Positions 29,750 to 41,132 of a stretch of DNA of 57,340 nucleotides are shown piece by piece. The translations under genes were made by a program, and so were the position numbers. Positions within the stretch are counted from its first letter, which is position 1. The number at the start of each line of letters is the position of its first letter. The notes under the pieces are model-generated. The model did no database searches. It was not told where the DNA came from and saw nothing but the letters and a program-made list of their open reading frames with translations. The DNA comes from an uncultured Sulfurimonas sp. (GTDB lineage Bacteria; Campylobacterota; Campylobacteria; Campylobacterales; Sulfurimonadaceae), in contig CAWUTM010000054.1 in assembly GCA_963925755.1 (NCBI GenBank), forward strand, positions 1-57,340, written 5' to 3'.

Positions 29750-30862
29750 TTAGTCTTGTTGCTGTCTCATATAAGCAGGAATATCAAGATAGTCAGGATC
29801 AAGATCACCACCAACTATAAGACGTGGACGTACTTTAGCACGTGGTGGTTCAGGATTTTGACTTACGAAGTCTTCATTATTTGATAACTCTTTTTCAAAA
29901 CCAGTTGCAACTATAGTGATCTTTACATAGTCTTCACTAAGTGTTTCATCCGTTGACGTTCCCCAGATTACTTCAGCTTCTTCGTGAGCGCTCTCATGAA
30001 CAACATCCATAGCTTCCGCAAGTTCCATCATAGGAAAGTCTGGGTGCATGTTAAAGTGTACTAAAACTCCCATTGCTCCATTTATTGACATGTTATCAAG
30101 AAGAGGAGACTCAATAGCTGCCTTAATAGCTTCGTATGCCGCATTATCACCTTGATGCTCGCCAACACCCATAAGAGCCATACCCTTATGACTCATAACA
30201 GTTTGTAAATCGGCGAAGTCAAGGTTGATATCATTATCGCCACTTGATAAAATAACGCCAGATGTTCCACTTACGGCTTGCGCTAAAACGCTATCCACTA
30301 TTTTAAAGCTCTCTTTCATTCCTAATTTTCTATCAATGATAGAAAGAAGCTTGTCATTCGGAATAACAACGATAGAGTCACTCTCTTTTTTAAGCTCTTC
30401 AAGACCAATGTCCGCAAGTTTAAGACGTTTACGACCTTCAAACATAAAAGGTTTTGTCACTATAGAAATAGTTAACGCTCCAACTTCTTTAGCGATTTGA
30501 GCAACAACAGGCGCCGCACCTGTTCCTGTCCCACCACCAAGGCCAGCGGAGATAAATACTATGTCAGCACCTTGAAGAGCTGCACGAATTTCATCATAGT
30601 TTTCTAAAGCAGAATCTTTACCGATGTTTGGTTTCATACCAGCGCCAAGACCCTTTGTGAGTTTAGCACCAATCTGAATCTTAGACGCAGCAGAATTTTC
30701 ATTTAAAACTTGAGCATCAGTATTAATAAGCATCATCTCGATACCACTAACACCTTCTCTAATCATATGACCGATCATATTTCCACCACCGCCACCAACA
30801 CCGACAGCTATGATTCTCGCACCGTTTAAATTATTTGATTCTTCTATTGAAAATGGTTCCAT
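29750..30862 (-). CDS. ftsZ: cell division protein FtsZ
   Basis: GVGGGGGN, NTD, GGGTGTG, NLDFAD and C-terminal LDIPAYMR. Confidence 0.98.
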   Translation of the reverse strand: MEPFSIEESNNLNGARIIAVGVGGGGGNMIGHMIREGVSGIEMMLINTDAQVLNENSAASKIQIGAKLTKGLGAGMKPNIGKDSALENYDEIRAALQGADIVFISAGLGGGTGTGAAPVVAQIAKEVGALTISIVTKPFMFEGRKRLKLADIGLEELKKESDSIVVIPNDKLLSIIDRKLGMKESFKIVDSVLAQAVSGTSGVILSSGDNDINLDFADLQTVMSHKGMALMGVGEHQGDNAAYEAIKAAIESPLLDNMSINGAMGVLVHFNMHPDFPMMELAEAMDVVHESAHEEAEVIWGTSTDETLSEDYVKITIVATGFEKELSNNEDFVSQNPEPPRAKVRPRLIVGGDLDPDYLDIPAYMRQQQD

Positions 30863-30874
30863 TACATCACTCCT

Positions 30875-32230
30875 TTAAAATAACTGGGTAGCCCAGTTCC
30901 AAAACTTACTAAAGCTGCTAGCCTCATCACTCTTTTTCTCTTTTTTTGCATCTAGCGAAATCATTGTATCCTCAGGCTCTTCCAATGAAGGAGCAACGGG
31001 GATATCTAAGGAATCATTAAATTTCACAGTAGTCTTTGAAGCTTCAATCTCATTGACATGTCTAACGCGTTTATTTACGTCTATTTCATAAGGCGTATAC
31101 GAAGTGGCAGAATACATGATAAGACCAATTACGCTTGAGTACTCAGGATCTCTTAAATTATCAAAAAGACCATCCATCTCTATAGGTTTTGCTAAACGCA
31201 CAGGCATAGAACCAAAGGTGGCAACAGCAAGGTCTCTAATACCTTCCATCTTTGAAAATCCACCAGTCAAAACAACACCCGCACCCATTTGATCTTTAAG
31301 TCCACTTTTATCAATGAACTGTGAAAGTATCATAAGCGTTTCTTCTACTCTCGCAAAGATTACATTATGTACTACATCAAGTGAAACCTCATGCGTTGAG
31401 CCTTCATCTCCTATCACAGGAAGTTCTATAAGGTCATTGCTTGGTGTTAATAGTGAGCCATATGTCAGTTTTACATTGTCCGCAACACTGAGAGGCGTAT
31501 GAAGTGCCATAGAAAGGTCACTTGTTACATGGTTTGATCCTACCCCTAGAAATTCATTGTAACGTATAGAGTTTCCAGAATGAATAGCGATGTTACTTGT
31601 GTTTCCACCCATGTCAATAACAGCAACGCCAAGTTCTTTTTCATCTTCATTAAGAATAGCAATTGAAGAAGCATAAGAGTTTAGAAGAATATTATCTACT
31701 TCTATTCCTGCTCCGTTTACTGCTTTTTTGAGATTGTTAAGATTTGACTTTTGTGTTGTTATGATATGCGTCTCAACCTCTAAACGTGAGGCATTCATAC
31801 CTAGTGGATCTTCTATAAAGTCTTGATCATCAAGTTTAAAGTTATAAGGCAGGGCATGAAGCACTTCATACTCACTTGGAATATTTGCATTATATAAAGA
31901 AGTGTGCATAACGCGTTCAATCTCTTTTAGACTGACTTCTTTAGTCTGAATATTTACAATACCATTAGAATTTAGACTTTTTGTATAGGCACTGCTGATA
32001 GAAACAATAGCAGAAGTAACATCACATCCAGAAACACGTTTTGCATCTTCAACAGCAGTTTTAATACTTCTTGAAGCCAGTTCAATATTTGTAATACTGC
32101 CGCGTTTTAAACCCTGTGCCTTTGCTATTCCTGCTCCGGTAATAGCAATAGAGTTGTTATCGTCTATTTTTGCGATGACAGCACATATTTTTGTTGAGCC
32201 AATATCAATGGCTAAAACATTTCTACTCAA
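30875..32230 (-). CDS. ftsA: cell division protein FtsA
   Basis: DIGSTK, IDMGG, VLTGG and an amphipathic C-terminal helix, directly upstream of ftsZ. Confidence 0.96.
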   Translation of the reverse strand: MSRNVLAIDIGSTKICAVIAKIDDNNSIAITGAGIAKAQGLKRGSITNIELASRSIKTAVEDAKRVSGCDVTSAIVSISSAYTKSLNSNGIVNIQTKEVSLKEIERVMHTSLYNANIPSEYEVLHALPYNFKLDDQDFIEDPLGMNASRLEVETHIITTQKSNLNNLKKAVNGAGIEVDNILLNSYASSIAILNEDEKELGVAVIDMGGNTSNIAIHSGNSIRYNEFLGVGSNHVTSDLSMALHTPLSVADNVKLTYGSLLTPSNDLIELPVIGDEGSTHEVSLDVVHNVIFARVEETLMILSQFIDKSGLKDQMGAGVVLTGGFSKMEGIRDLAVATFGSMPVRLAKPIEMDGLFDNLRDPEYSSVIGLIMYSATSYTPYEIDVNKRVRHVNEIEASKTTVKFNDSLDIPVAPSLEEPEDTMISLDAKKEKKSDEASSFSKFWNWATQLF

Positions 32231-32231
32231 T

Positions 32232-33698
32232 TTAGAGTCCTTGGATAAATATCTCTGTTTGGTACTTGTTTTGTAAAGTTTTTATAAGTGCTTTAGAAAA
32301 CATACTATTTTTTAGTTTTTCAATCGTATTGGCAAGATTCTTATTAGTATTATCAAGCAATTTTTGTTCCAAAATATAGTAAAGAACTATCTTACCACTA
32401 TTTAAACTAATATACGCTCTTTTCTTACTGCTTGTAAAGAGTTTTGTTAAAAATTCTTTAGTTTCTTCTTTAGAAAGATCAGTCAGACTAGAAACACTAC
32501 TTACAGTAATAAAGTCCGTTGTTGTGCCCTTAAAGTGTGCAATTGACTTATTGGCAAGTTCATAAATTTTTTCTTGTCTTCTTTTGTCTATAAAAAGGGC
32601 TGTCACTTCTTTTTTAGCCTCTTCATAAGATTTTTGAGTTGCTTGGTTTACTTTTGCTAACTTAAAAGTATGGTAAATACCATTTATCATAAGAGGTTTC
32701 ATATATGGAGAAAGAGGTGAAAGCTTAGATACTTCTTCTAAAACTTCTGGAGTAAAGATGTTTTTAGAGTTTGAAATTGTTGCAAAATTTAGTTTTATAT
32801 CGTCTTCTAGCTTACCTTTTTTATAGGCTATATATGATCTTAAAGCCTTGTCTTTTGTAGCTTCGTCGTTTAGCTCTTTAATTATTAAATCTTTTGCGGA
32901 CTTCTGACTCATTACTTTGCCGTCACTCTCTTTAAAGTGATTTTTATTTTCACTGTAGTACTCTGAAAGTGTTGCATCAGTATAAGTTTCGAGTATCTCT
33001 TCTTGAAGAAGATATGTTACATCATAACTTACCTCATTCATAAAGCTTTGAGATTGAGTCTTCCAAAATGGTTTTAAAGTTGCATCTGAGAGTTCTACTT
33101 TAATAGAGTCACGTGAGAGAACTTTATAGTTTATCTTATCTGCTATATTTACTAAAGTGTTTAAGACACTTAACTCATTCTCACTTGTTGTAACAGGAAG
33201 AAGATTAAGAGTCTTTTCTATTAAAAGCTCTTTTGTTAAACCTGCTTCATACTCTTTTGTAGAGAGTTTATTTTGTGAAAGAACTTGTTTATAGGTCTCT
33301 TTATCAAACTTAGCGTCTTTAAAAAAGTATTCTTGTGTTGTTATCTTTTCAAGTAATTCCGCATCAGTAATTTCTAGTTCATAAGAATGTGCTAGATTAA
33401 GCATAAGAGATTGTTGCACTAACTGTTCAAGAGCTTGTTTTTGCAAACCAAACTCTTTTGCCTTCTCTTCATCAAAGTCACCTTGAAACATTTGGTTATA
33501 TTGTGAATATAAACGCGAGTAAACTTTTTGAAGTTCACCCATAGTTATTTCAACTTTACCAACCTTAGCGACAGCTCCCGCTTTGTCTCCATAACTATAT
33601 TGTCCCCAACCAACAAAACCTGCGCCAACAAAAGCTATTGTTGAAATCCAGATAGTAATAATAAGCCATTTTTTATGTCTTTGCATCCATGTAATCAT
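32232..33698 (-). CDS. PpiD-like periplasmic chaperone (SurA N-terminal domain)
   Basis: MITWMQRHKK..I.WISTIAFVGAGFVGWG anchor and F..e.Y...L motif. Its position upstream of ftsA is typical of Campylobacterota. Confidence 0.85.
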   Translation of the reverse strand: MITWMQRHKKWLIITIWISTIAFVGAGFVGWGQYSYGDKAGAVAKVGKVEITMGELQKVYSRLYSQYNQMFQGDFDEEKAKEFGLQKQALEQLVQQSLMLNLAHSYELEITDAELLEKITTQEYFFKDAKFDKETYKQVLSQNKLSTKEYEAGLTKELLIEKTLNLLPVTTSENELSVLNTLVNIADKINYKVLSRDSIKVELSDATLKPFWKTQSQSFMNEVSYDVTYLLQEEILETYTDATLSEYYSENKNHFKESDGKVMSQKSAKDLIIKELNDEATKDKALRSYIAYKKGKLEDDIKLNFATISNSKNIFTPEVLEEVSKLSPLSPYMKPLMINGIYHTFKLAKVNQATQKSYEEAKKEVTALFIDKRRQEKIYELANKSIAHFKGTTTDFITVSSVSSLTDLSKEETKEFLTKLFTSSKKRAYISLNSGKIVLYYILEQKLLDNTNKNLANTIEKLKNSMFSKALIKTLQNKYQTEIFIQGL

Positions 33699-33775
33699 AT
33701 GTTAAAAAACCTCTTTTTGATATTTGTCTTATTTTATGTAAATTCGTATTAAAACTTGATAAAAAGGAAGGGAAA

Positions 33776-34369
33776 TTAGTCTAGTTCGTAATTACTGTTT
33801 GAATTGTCAAGCATAAGTAGCAATCGACAGCTTTTTTCTAGTATTGCGAGTTTTTTTGCCATTTCATTTAGATCTCTATTATAAGAGTAGATTCCATAAC
33901 CACGTATAACCATGATATTAGTCTTTTTTGTTTGAAAATAGTAAGCTATTTCACTATCTGCTCTATCATACCAATCTTCAAACTGCTTAGGGTCTACTAT
34001 ATCTATAGAACCTAGCTCTTGATAACCAAAGTAGTCTTTTGGCGTAATGACATTGTGTTCCAGTGAGTAAGCTGTTGTAAATTGAGGCATACTAAAACAT
34101 ATATATTTCGCTTCTGAGATTTGAGAGTAGATGCTAAAGTGTATTCTTGCATCTAAACTCGCTTGATTCCAGCGGTAATCTTTTTTAAAATAGAGCTGAA
34201 TAAGCGAAGCGTCATCAAGCGCATCAAAAATAGCCTCTTTTGTATTAATGATGAAACGGTTAGACTCCGTTTTTGCGGAGATAGAACCATGATATATACC
34301 AAAAAAATCTTTTCTAAACATAGAAAGTGCTAATGTTGAGAGTTTCTTTTTTAGGTTCTGTCTATCCAT
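33776..34369 (-). CDS. class II aldolase/adducin N-terminal domain protein (metal ligands apparently absent)
   Basis: GSISAK, AS.D..IH..IY and P.D..G motifs of the fold. The usual HxH and NHG histidines appear replaced. Confidence 0.75.
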   Translation of the reverse strand: MDRQNLKKKLSTLALSMFRKDFFGIYHGSISAKTESNRFIINTKEAIFDALDDASLIQLYFKKDYRWNQASLDARIHFSIYSQISEAKYICFSMPQFTTAYSLEHNVITPKDYFGYQELGSIDIVDPKQFEDWYDRADSEIAYYFQTKKTNIMVIRGYGIYSYNRDLNEMAKKLAILEKSCRLLLMLDNSNSNYELD

Positions 34370-34377
34370 AAGTCTTC

Positions 34378-35505
34378 CTACTTAAACCAAGATTTCATTT
34401 TATCAATAGCAGAGTTGAGAACACTTTCATGAGGTTTTGATTCTATACCAAAGGACTCTTGAAGGTTAGCTATTAATTCGTACTGCTCATCACTTAAGAC
34501 TCGCGGGTATTGAATATTCACAATAGCAATAAAGTTTCCTTTACCATGACCATGAACATCATCAATACCTTCACCTCTAAATGTGAAACGCTGCTTATCT
34601 TTCGTGCCTATGTCTAATTGTAACTCCAACTCACCTGAAAGTGATGGAATTGTGATACTTTCACCTGTAATAGCTTGAGTGAAAAAGACTGGAATCTCAA
34701 TGTATACATCATTGTCATCACGTATAAAATGCTTGTCTTGCTCAACTTCAAACGTAATGTATAAGTCTCCACGAGAGCCTTTTTTACCGATATTTCCTTT
34801 GCCTGAAACTCTCAGTCTATTCCCAGTATCTATACCTTTTGGAACTGAAATAGTTACATTCTCTTTGACTTCATCATAACCAGAACCTTTACAACTTTTA
34901 CAAGCTGTGGACGCAGCACTTCCTGTTCCTTGACAAACTGGACAAGTTTGTGAAAAAGTCATAAAACCTTGTTGCATTGCTACTTGACCTCGGCCTCCAC
35001 ACTGCTTACAAGTTGATAGTTTTCCATCTTTCGCGCCAGTACCATTACATTTGGCACAAGCTTTTTTGTAAGAAAAGTTTACTTCTTTTTCACAACCAAA
35101 GATAGCTTCGTTAAATGATATACGCATTTCTACATTCATATCTAATGGATATTTGTCCATATCTGCTGGATTTTGACGACGACGAGATTGTCCTCCCCCT
35201 CCATTGAACATATCTTCAAACATTGAACTTAAATCTTCAAATCCACCAGATGAACGACGGCCACCGCCACCACCCATTCCTTGAAGTCCTTCTTTTCCAT
35301 AACGGTCATAAATACTTTTTTGTTTCTCATCACTAAGGCATTGGTAGGCTTCATTACAAATTTTGAATTTGTGTTCTGCTTCTTCATTTCCAGGATTCTT
35401 GTCAGGATGATATTTTTTAGCCATTGTTCTATAGGCTTTTTTGATAGTTGTTTTATCGGCATTTTTTGTAACTTCTAAAATTTCGTAGTAGCTTAATTCT
35501 TCCAT
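34378..35505 (-). CDS. dnaJ: molecular chaperone DnaJ
   Basis: YYEILEV...HPD J-domain, G/F-rich region and four CxxCxGxG repeats. Start moved to ATG 35505. Confidence 0.96.
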   Translation of the reverse strand: MEELSYYEILEVTKNADKTTIKKAYRTMAKKYHPDKNPGNEEAEHKFKICNEAYQCLSDEKQKSIYDRYGKEGLQGMGGGGGRRSSGGFEDLSSMFEDMFNGGGGQSRRRQNPADMDKYPLDMNVEMRISFNEAIFGCEKEVNFSYKKACAKCNGTGAKDGKLSTCKQCGGRGQVAMQQGFMTFSQTCPVCQGTGSAASTACKSCKGSGYDEVKENVTISVPKGIDTGNRLRVSGKGNIGKKGSRGDLYITFEVEQDKHFIRDDNDVYIEIPVFFTQAITGESITIPSLSGELELQLDIGTKDKQRFTFRGEGIDDVHGHGKGNFIAIVNIQYPRVLSDEQYELIANLQESFGIESKPHESVLNSAIDKMKSWFK

Positions 35506-35590
35506 TGTTATCCATATAATTATAGTATTTTTGCAATTATACCGTTTTTGTAGTTTAATAATAAATAATTTAGACGCTATAATCACATTT

Positions 35591-36694
35591 ATGAAACAAA
35601 GCATATTTATTTTACTTATTAGTATACTCTTTTTTGGATGTACAAAAGCGCCACAGATACTTTCAAATAAACTCCCCCAGACATATCTCATGGAAAGTGA
35701 TTTCTCAAACCTGCCAAATTTTTGTGAAGAAAATTATGGTGATGTACTTAAAGAATTTAAAAATAGTTGTAAAAGCAGTAAAAGTAAGAAAATTTATGGC
35801 GAACTATGCAATAAGTCTGTATCTAATCTAACTCCAAAAGAGTTTTTAGTCGAGTACTTTACACCATATGTTATTCATTCTAAGAAGGCACAAAAAAAAG
35901 GATTGTTAACTGGTTATTATGAAGCAAAACTTTATGCTTCTCGTAGTAAAAGCAGTAAATATAAATATCCTATATATAGCACGCCTAAAGACTTAGTGAG
36001 TGTTGACTTAGGTTCTATTTATCCAAAATTAAAAAACTACCGGCTTAGAGGACGTGTTGTTGGGAATAAACTTGTTCCCTATGATACAAGAGAAGAAAGT
36101 AAATATAAGGATGTAGATGCGGATGTTCTTTGTTATTGTGATTCAAAGATAGATAGATTTTTTCTTGAAATTCAAGGTTCGGGACGCGCTGTACTAGATA
36201 GTAATGAAACCATATTTATAGGTTATGATAATCAAAATGGTCATAGATATAGAGCTATTGGACGCTACTTGGTAGAAGAGAATGAGTTGCGAATAGAAGA
36301 TGTTTCTCTTCAAAGTATTAAAAGATGGCTTGAAGACAATCCATCAAGAGTAGACGAAGTGCTCAACTATAACAAGTCACTAGTTTATTTTAGAGAGAAG
36401 TCTCAAGGTGCGACTGGAGCAATGGGTTTGGAGTTGAGTCCATCGCGTTCTATAGCTGTAGATAGACACTATATACCACTTGGCAGTATGTTGTATCTAA
36501 ATGCCATGGTAGATGATAAAGAGCTATCTAAAGTTGTGTTTGCGCAAGATACTGGAAGTGCAATTAAGGGTGCGGTTCGCGCAGATCTATTTTTAGGAGC
36601 TGGGAATGAGGCTCTAGAAATAGCGGGGAGACTTAAATCTGAACTTCATCTATGGATTCTACTTCCAAAAGAGAATGGGGAAAACTATGAATAA
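35591..36694 (+). CDS. mltA: membrane-bound lytic murein transglycosylase A
   Basis: Lipobox LFFGC; [29 protein letters not shown] and DLFLG.G motifs. Start moved to ATG 35591. Confidence 0.92.
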   Translation: MKQSIFILLISILFFGCTKAPQILSNKLPQTYLMESDFSNLPNFCEENYGDVLKEFKNSCKSSKSKKIYGELCNKSVSNLTPKEFLVEYFTPYVIHSKKAQKKGLLTGYYEAKLYASRSKSSKYKYPIYSTPKDLVSVDLGSIYPKLKNYRLRGRVVGNKLVPYDTREESKYKDVDADVLCYCDSKIDRFFLEIQGSGRAVLDSNETIFIGYDNQNGHRYRAIGRYLVEENELRIEDVSLQSIKRWLEDNPSRVDEVLNYNKSLVYFREKSQGATGAMGLELSPSRSIAVDRHYIPLGSMLYLNAMVDDKELSKVVFAQDTGSAIKGAVRADLFLGAGNEALEIAGRLKSELHLWILLPKENGENYE

Positions 36695-37256
36695 CTCTTT
36701 AGAAAAATTTAACCGTCTTGTAGATTCACTCCAAGAATTACCAACTATTGGGAAGAAGTCGGCTACAAGACTTGCATATCATATGATTATGGATGATACT
36801 TTTGTAGGGATGCGAGTTTCCCATGCTATAGAAGACGCACTGGGTAGTTTGAAAAAATGTTCAGATTGTGGTGGTATGAGTGAAGATGAAATTTGTTATA
36901 TATGTTGTGATGAAGAGAGAGATAGTACGCTTTTATGCATTGTGGAAAATGCAAAAGACATACTACTTTTAGAAGAAAATGGACTTTTTGATGGGAAGTA
37001 TTTTGTACTTGATTCTCTTGAAGAATTAAGGATTTCACATCTTGAAGATATGGTAAAAAATGGTGTAAATGAAGTGCTCTTTGCATTAACACCCTCAATT
37101 TCCAATGATGCTGTGATTTTATATATCGAAGATAAGTTAGGAAGTTATAGCATCAACTTCAGTAAAATTGCGCAAGGTGTGCCAACAGGCGTTAGTTTAG
37201 AAAATATTGATTTGCTTTCTTTGACAAGAGCGTTAGAGGGTAGGGTGAGAGTTTAG
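36687..37256 (+). CDS. recR: recombination mediator RecR
   Basis: LPTIGKKSA.R HhH, C4 zinc finger, Toprim CIVE and IAQGVP.G motifs. Confidence 0.95.
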   Translation: MNNSLEKFNRLVDSLQELPTIGKKSATRLAYHMIMDDTFVGMRVSHAIEDALGSLKKCSDCGGMSEDEICYICCDEERDSTLLCIVENAKDILLLEENGLFDGKYFVLDSLEELRISHLEDMVKNGVNEVLFALTPSISNDAVILYIEDKLGSYSINFSKIAQGVPTGVSLENIDLLSLTRALEGRVRV

Positions 37257-38126
37257 ATGAGACATATACTATTATTTGTTAGTTTAGTTTTTATGTTATT
37301 CGCAAATGATGAGTATGAACTAAAAGATTTCAAAAATGAGAAAACAAAGTCGAGTATGCAAAAATGGTTAGATAATGACCTCTCTTTAAAGCCATATAAA
37401 ACAAACTACATACTTCCTTATGGATATTCTAGTAAAGAGTATCCGTCCAATATTCCAACGCTAGAATATAGAAATATAGAAGCTGAACTCCAAGTAAGCT
37501 TACAACTGAATGTTGGAAGTAACCTTCTAGGTCTTAAAGAGAAATACTACGTTTCATATACTCATCAGGCTTTTTGGCAGATTTATATAAATTCTGCACC
37601 TTTTAGAGAGAGTACCTATAATCCAGAAGCCTTTGTGATTATTCCTATAGAAAATAAAGGTTCTATCTTCAGCCTTCGTTCTCTTAAACTTGCCCTAGCT
37701 CATCAATCAAATGGCCAGCCAGATACGAGTGAAGTCTATTTTGACCAAAATCAGAGTTTAGGGAATCTCTCTAGAAGTGTGAACTATGTGTATGGCTCGC
37801 TTAGAGGACAGTATAATGGTTTGATCGTAGATTTAAAAGCTTGGGTGCCTTTACCTGAAGATAGAGAGTATAGTGATAATTATGACCTAATGGATTATTG
37901 GGGATACAGTAGTTTAAAGCTGACATATTTTATAAATGAGCATATGTTCACTTTGATGGGTAGAGGAAATATAGGAACGCATAGGGGAGCAATAAAAGCT
38001 ACCTATTCATACCCCTTGGCGCATAATAATTTCTATGTAAAGCTCTTTAGTGGATATGGGGAGTCTCTTATAGACTATGATAGTAAACTGACAAAACTCT
38101 CATTTGGTTTTTCATTCTCAAGATAA
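37257..38126 (+). CDS. pldA: outer membrane phospholipase A
   Basis: Signal peptide; YTHQAFWQ, SAPFRE..YNPE, catalytic HQSNG, LSRS and GYGESLIDY motifs. Confidence 0.92.
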   Translation: MRHILLFVSLVFMLFANDEYELKDFKNEKTKSSMQKWLDNDLSLKPYKTNYILPYGYSSKEYPSNIPTLEYRNIEAELQVSLQLNVGSNLLGLKEKYYVSYTHQAFWQIYINSAPFRESTYNPEAFVIIPIENKGSIFSLRSLKLALAHQSNGQPDTSEVYFDQNQSLGNLSRSVNYVYGSLRGQYNGLIVDLKAWVPLPEDREYSDNYDLMDYWGYSSLKLTYFINEHMFTLMGRGNIGTHRGAIKATYSYPLAHNNFYVKLFSGYGESLIDYDSKLTKLSFGFSFSR

Positions 38127-38142
38127 GCTACTTCTTGATAGC

Positions 38143-38937
38143 TTAGAGTTCGAAGCTCTTTTTCATATAGTATTTTATATCTTCTTTTTTAAGTGCTGCG
38201 TTTACAAATAACTCATTGGCTAGGACACCTTGACCCAGAAGCATATCTGCTCCATCTTTGTAAGTAATACCTTTTTCTTTTGCTAATTGTAAAAATGGAG
38301 TAAGTTTTCCATATATAGCATCGGCAACAAAACTTGTATGCTCGAGTATGGATTCAATCATCTCTTTTGGCGCTGGTAACTCTTCATCTTTAAGTCCAGC
38401 ACTTGTTGTATTTACAACGAGGTCATAGTTAGAGGCAGTAAAGTCTTTCCAATCAAAGCATTGGCAACCCAACTCTTTAAAGTATCCAAGTCTTCCCGCA
38501 CTTCTGTTTAAGACACTAACATTTAAAGAGTCTTGTAAAAATCTAGAAGCTAATGCTTTTGCTGTGCCTCCAGCTCCTAAAATAAGAATATTTTTGATAT
38601 TTTTAAACTCGCTTATTGCATAGATAAAGCCATCAGCATCAGTGTTATAGCCTATAAGTCTTCCATTTTCATTCACCAGAGTATTGACCACGCCTACTTT
38701 TTTCCCAAAACCTCTGACTTCATCACAGGCATTAAACGCAGCTTCTTTATGAGGGACAGTAACATTTGCTCCACTTAGGCCAAGTGTGAAAAAAGTCTCT
38801 TTTAATTTAGTTCCATCTTTGAGATGCGTTCTTGTGTAACAAGCGTCATAGTTGAGGTTTTTAAAAACAGAGTTATGCATAAGAGGAGAACGTGAGTGTG
38901 ACACAGGATCACCAAAGATTGAGAAAAGTTTTTTCAT
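38143..38937 (-). CDS. aroE: shikimate dehydrogenase
   Basis: HSRSP.MHN, GANVTVPHK, VNT, NTD..G, GAGG and ML..QG motifs. Confidence 0.96.
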   Translation of the reverse strand: MKKLFSIFGDPVSHSRSPLMHNSVFKNLNYDACYTRTHLKDGTKLKETFFTLGLSGANVTVPHKEAAFNACDEVRGFGKKVGVVNTLVNENGRLIGYNTDADGFIYAISEFKNIKNILILGAGGTAKALASRFLQDSLNVSVLNRSAGRLGYFKELGCQCFDWKDFTASNYDLVVNTTSAGLKDEELPAPKEMIESILEHTSFVADAIYGKLTPFLQLAKEKGITYKDGADMLLGQGVLANELFVNAALKKEDIKYYMKKSFEL

Positions 38938-38954
38938 ATTACAGGATTCGGCAT

Positions 38955-40394
38955 TTAGTGCCTCACTGTACTGAGCTTTAGCTCTTGTTTTTTATCTAAA
39001 TCTTCTAGGGAGTGAATGAGCGCGCCGAGTTTATTTTCTACCTCTTGGTATTCTGATTCTTTTACGGAGTCTGCAACTATACCCGCACCAGCTTGAAGAA
39101 CTACTCTATCTTCTTTAACCATAGCCGTTCTAATTGTAATAGCACTATCCATATTACCATCGAAACCAAAATAGCCTACACTTCCACTATAAAAGCCTCG
39201 TTTGAGTCCTTCATATCGTGCGATGAGCTCCATAGCACGTATTTTAGGTGCACCAGTCATAGTACCTGCTGTAAATGTTGCCATGAAAAGATCAAACATG
39301 TCTTTATCATCACTTAATTCTGCTGTTACATCAGAGACTATATGCATCACATGAGAAAAACGTTCTATATGCATCATATCTTCAACTTTTACAGTACCTG
39401 TTTTAGCAACACGGCTTACATCATTTCTACCTAGGTCTATGAGCATAAGGTGTTCTGCTAACTCTTTAGGGTCAGCTAGTAGTTCTTCTTCTAGTGCTTT
39501 ATCTTTCTCTTTTGTATCACCGCGTTTGCGTGTTCCAGCAATTGGACGTAAAAGAAGTTCACCTTCGCTGAGTCTCACCATAACTTCAGGAGAAGAGCCA
39601 ACGATGTTAAAGTCTTCGTATTCCATCAAGAACATATAAGGAGATGGGTTTTTTGTTCGTAAGACTCTATAAAAACTAAATGCGTCAACTTTTATCTTTC
39701 GAGTAAAACGGTTTGTCATTAAAATTTGGAAAACATCACCACTTTTAATCATCTCTTTAGATTTGTCAATCATATCAAAAAACTTCACTTTCGAGTGAGC
39801 GTAAGAGCCTTTATCGTTTCCAATATTATGAACTCTATGTTTATATGTATAAGAGCCTTTTAGCTCATCATGAATACTGGAAAATTTGTCTTTATATTCA
39901 CTTAGAGTGGAAATTAGAGTAATCTGATGGTTTTTATGTGAGTAAATTAAAACAAGTTTTGGAAGAATTAAGTCAAGGTCAGGAGTGCCCAGTTCATCTT
40001 CTAGGTTGTCCATACTAGAACCTAGTTTTGGCTCGAATACTTTTACCATATCGTAACCGATATAGCCTATAAAACCATCAACATAACCTACTTTTAACTC
40101 TTTTGTCGCCTTTTTATATTCTGTTGTATCTACAGATTTATAATAATTTTTTAGAAAAGTAAAAGGAGATTCGTCTTTTGTGTGGACTTTAGAGTTAGAA
40201 TCGGTATAAAGAGTTTTATTGTTAATATACTGTACTCTTTCTCGTGCACCTATACAAATAAAGCTGTAGTTGCCGTCACTCTGTCCAGCACTCTCAAAAA
40301 GGTAACTTATCTCGTCTTGGAACATCTCTTTTAGTTTAGAGTAGACAGCAATAGGTGCTAACTGGTCAAGGGTAAACTGTTCTGAATATATCAA
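38955..40394 (-). CDS. trpE: anthranilate synthase component I (chorismate-binding family)
   Basis: LFESA, GD.FQ, NPSPYM, SSPE, PIAGT, EHLMLIDLGRND, GAPKIRAM and QAGAGIVADS motifs. TTG start after AAGGA. Confidence 0.88.
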   Translation of the reverse strand: MIYSEQFTLDQLAPIAVYSKLKEMFQDEISYLFESAGQSDGNYSFICIGARERVQYINNKTLYTDSNSKVHTKDESPFTFLKNYYKSVDTTEYKKATKELKVGYVDGFIGYIGYDMVKVFEPKLGSSMDNLEDELGTPDLDLILPKLVLIYSHKNHQITLISTLSEYKDKFSSIHDELKGSYTYKHRVHNIGNDKGSYAHSKVKFFDMIDKSKEMIKSGDVFQILMTNRFTRKIKVDAFSFYRVLRTKNPSPYMFLMEYEDFNIVGSSPEVMVRLSEGELLLRPIAGTRKRGDTKEKDKALEEELLADPKELAEHLMLIDLGRNDVSRVAKTGTVKVEDMMHIERFSHVMHIVSDVTAELSDDKDMFDLFMATFTAGTMTGAPKIRAMELIARYEGLKRGFYSGSVGYFGFDGNMDSAITIRTAMVKEDRVVLQAGAGIVADSVKESEYQEVENKLGALIHSLEDLDKKQELKLSTVRH

Positions 40395-40412
40395 TGTGGT
40401 CCTTAGTATTTA

Positions 40413-41066
40413 TTATAAAGTGACTAGAAAAGCGCCAGGCTCTACTTTAGAACGTAAAACACGTCGAGCATCTTTCGCTTTTTGCACTGTAGAAAAAGGA
40501 CCAACTAAAACTTTATTTAATGTCTTGGCATTTTTCGTAATTTTACGAAATTCATATACATAACCAAGCTTTTCAATAGAGCTTAAAAAACTTTTATTTG
40601 GTTTGTATTTAGAAAAAGAGCCAACTTGAATATAGTAATGACCTGTTGTAGTCACTTTTTTAACAGGAGCTATTTCTTTCTTAATCGTTTTTCTTGTAGG
40701 CTTTACTACAATTGCTTTTTCTTCTGTTACTACAGGCAGTACAAGTTCTTTTTCTCTTAGACTTTCTGCTTTAAGTTTCTTAGTTATAAGATCTAAATCT
40801 GATTCACTACTTTCTTCTTCAACAACTTCAATTTCTTCAAAAAGAGGTTCCTCTGCGATTGAGTTAAGCTCTTGAACTTCTGGCTGAGGAGGAAGAACAG
40901 CTTGTGGAAGATTATCGGTACCGTTTGAACTTAGCGAGTTCATTAACATTACCACTATTATAAGGATAACACCTAGCGTAGCTACAGCTAAAATTATCTT
41001 TTTATTTGAGTTGGTCATGCCACCCTTATTTAATATAATGTCATTGAGTTCATTATTGTTGTTCAT
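40413..41066 (-). CDS. SPOR domain-containing membrane protein
   Basis: ELNDIIL N-terminus, one TM helix, an acidic linker and a C-terminal YYIQVGSF...KVLVGPF SPOR domain. Confidence 0.88.
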   Translation of the reverse strand: MNNNNELNDIILNKGGMTNSNKKIILAVATLGVILIIVVMLMNSLSSNGTDNLPQAVLPPQPEVQELNSIAEEPLFEEIEVVEEESSESDLDLITKKLKAESLREKELVLPVVTEEKAIVVKPTRKTIKKEIAPVKKVTTTGHYYIQVGSFSKYKPNKSFLSSIEKLGYVYEFRKITKNAKTLNKVLVGPFSTVQKAKDARRVLRSKVEPGAFLVTL

Positions 41067-41132
41067 GATTAATTACCTTGATAGTTTAAATTACTTTATG
41101 ATACCTTAATATTACTTATGTAACAAGTTGTC

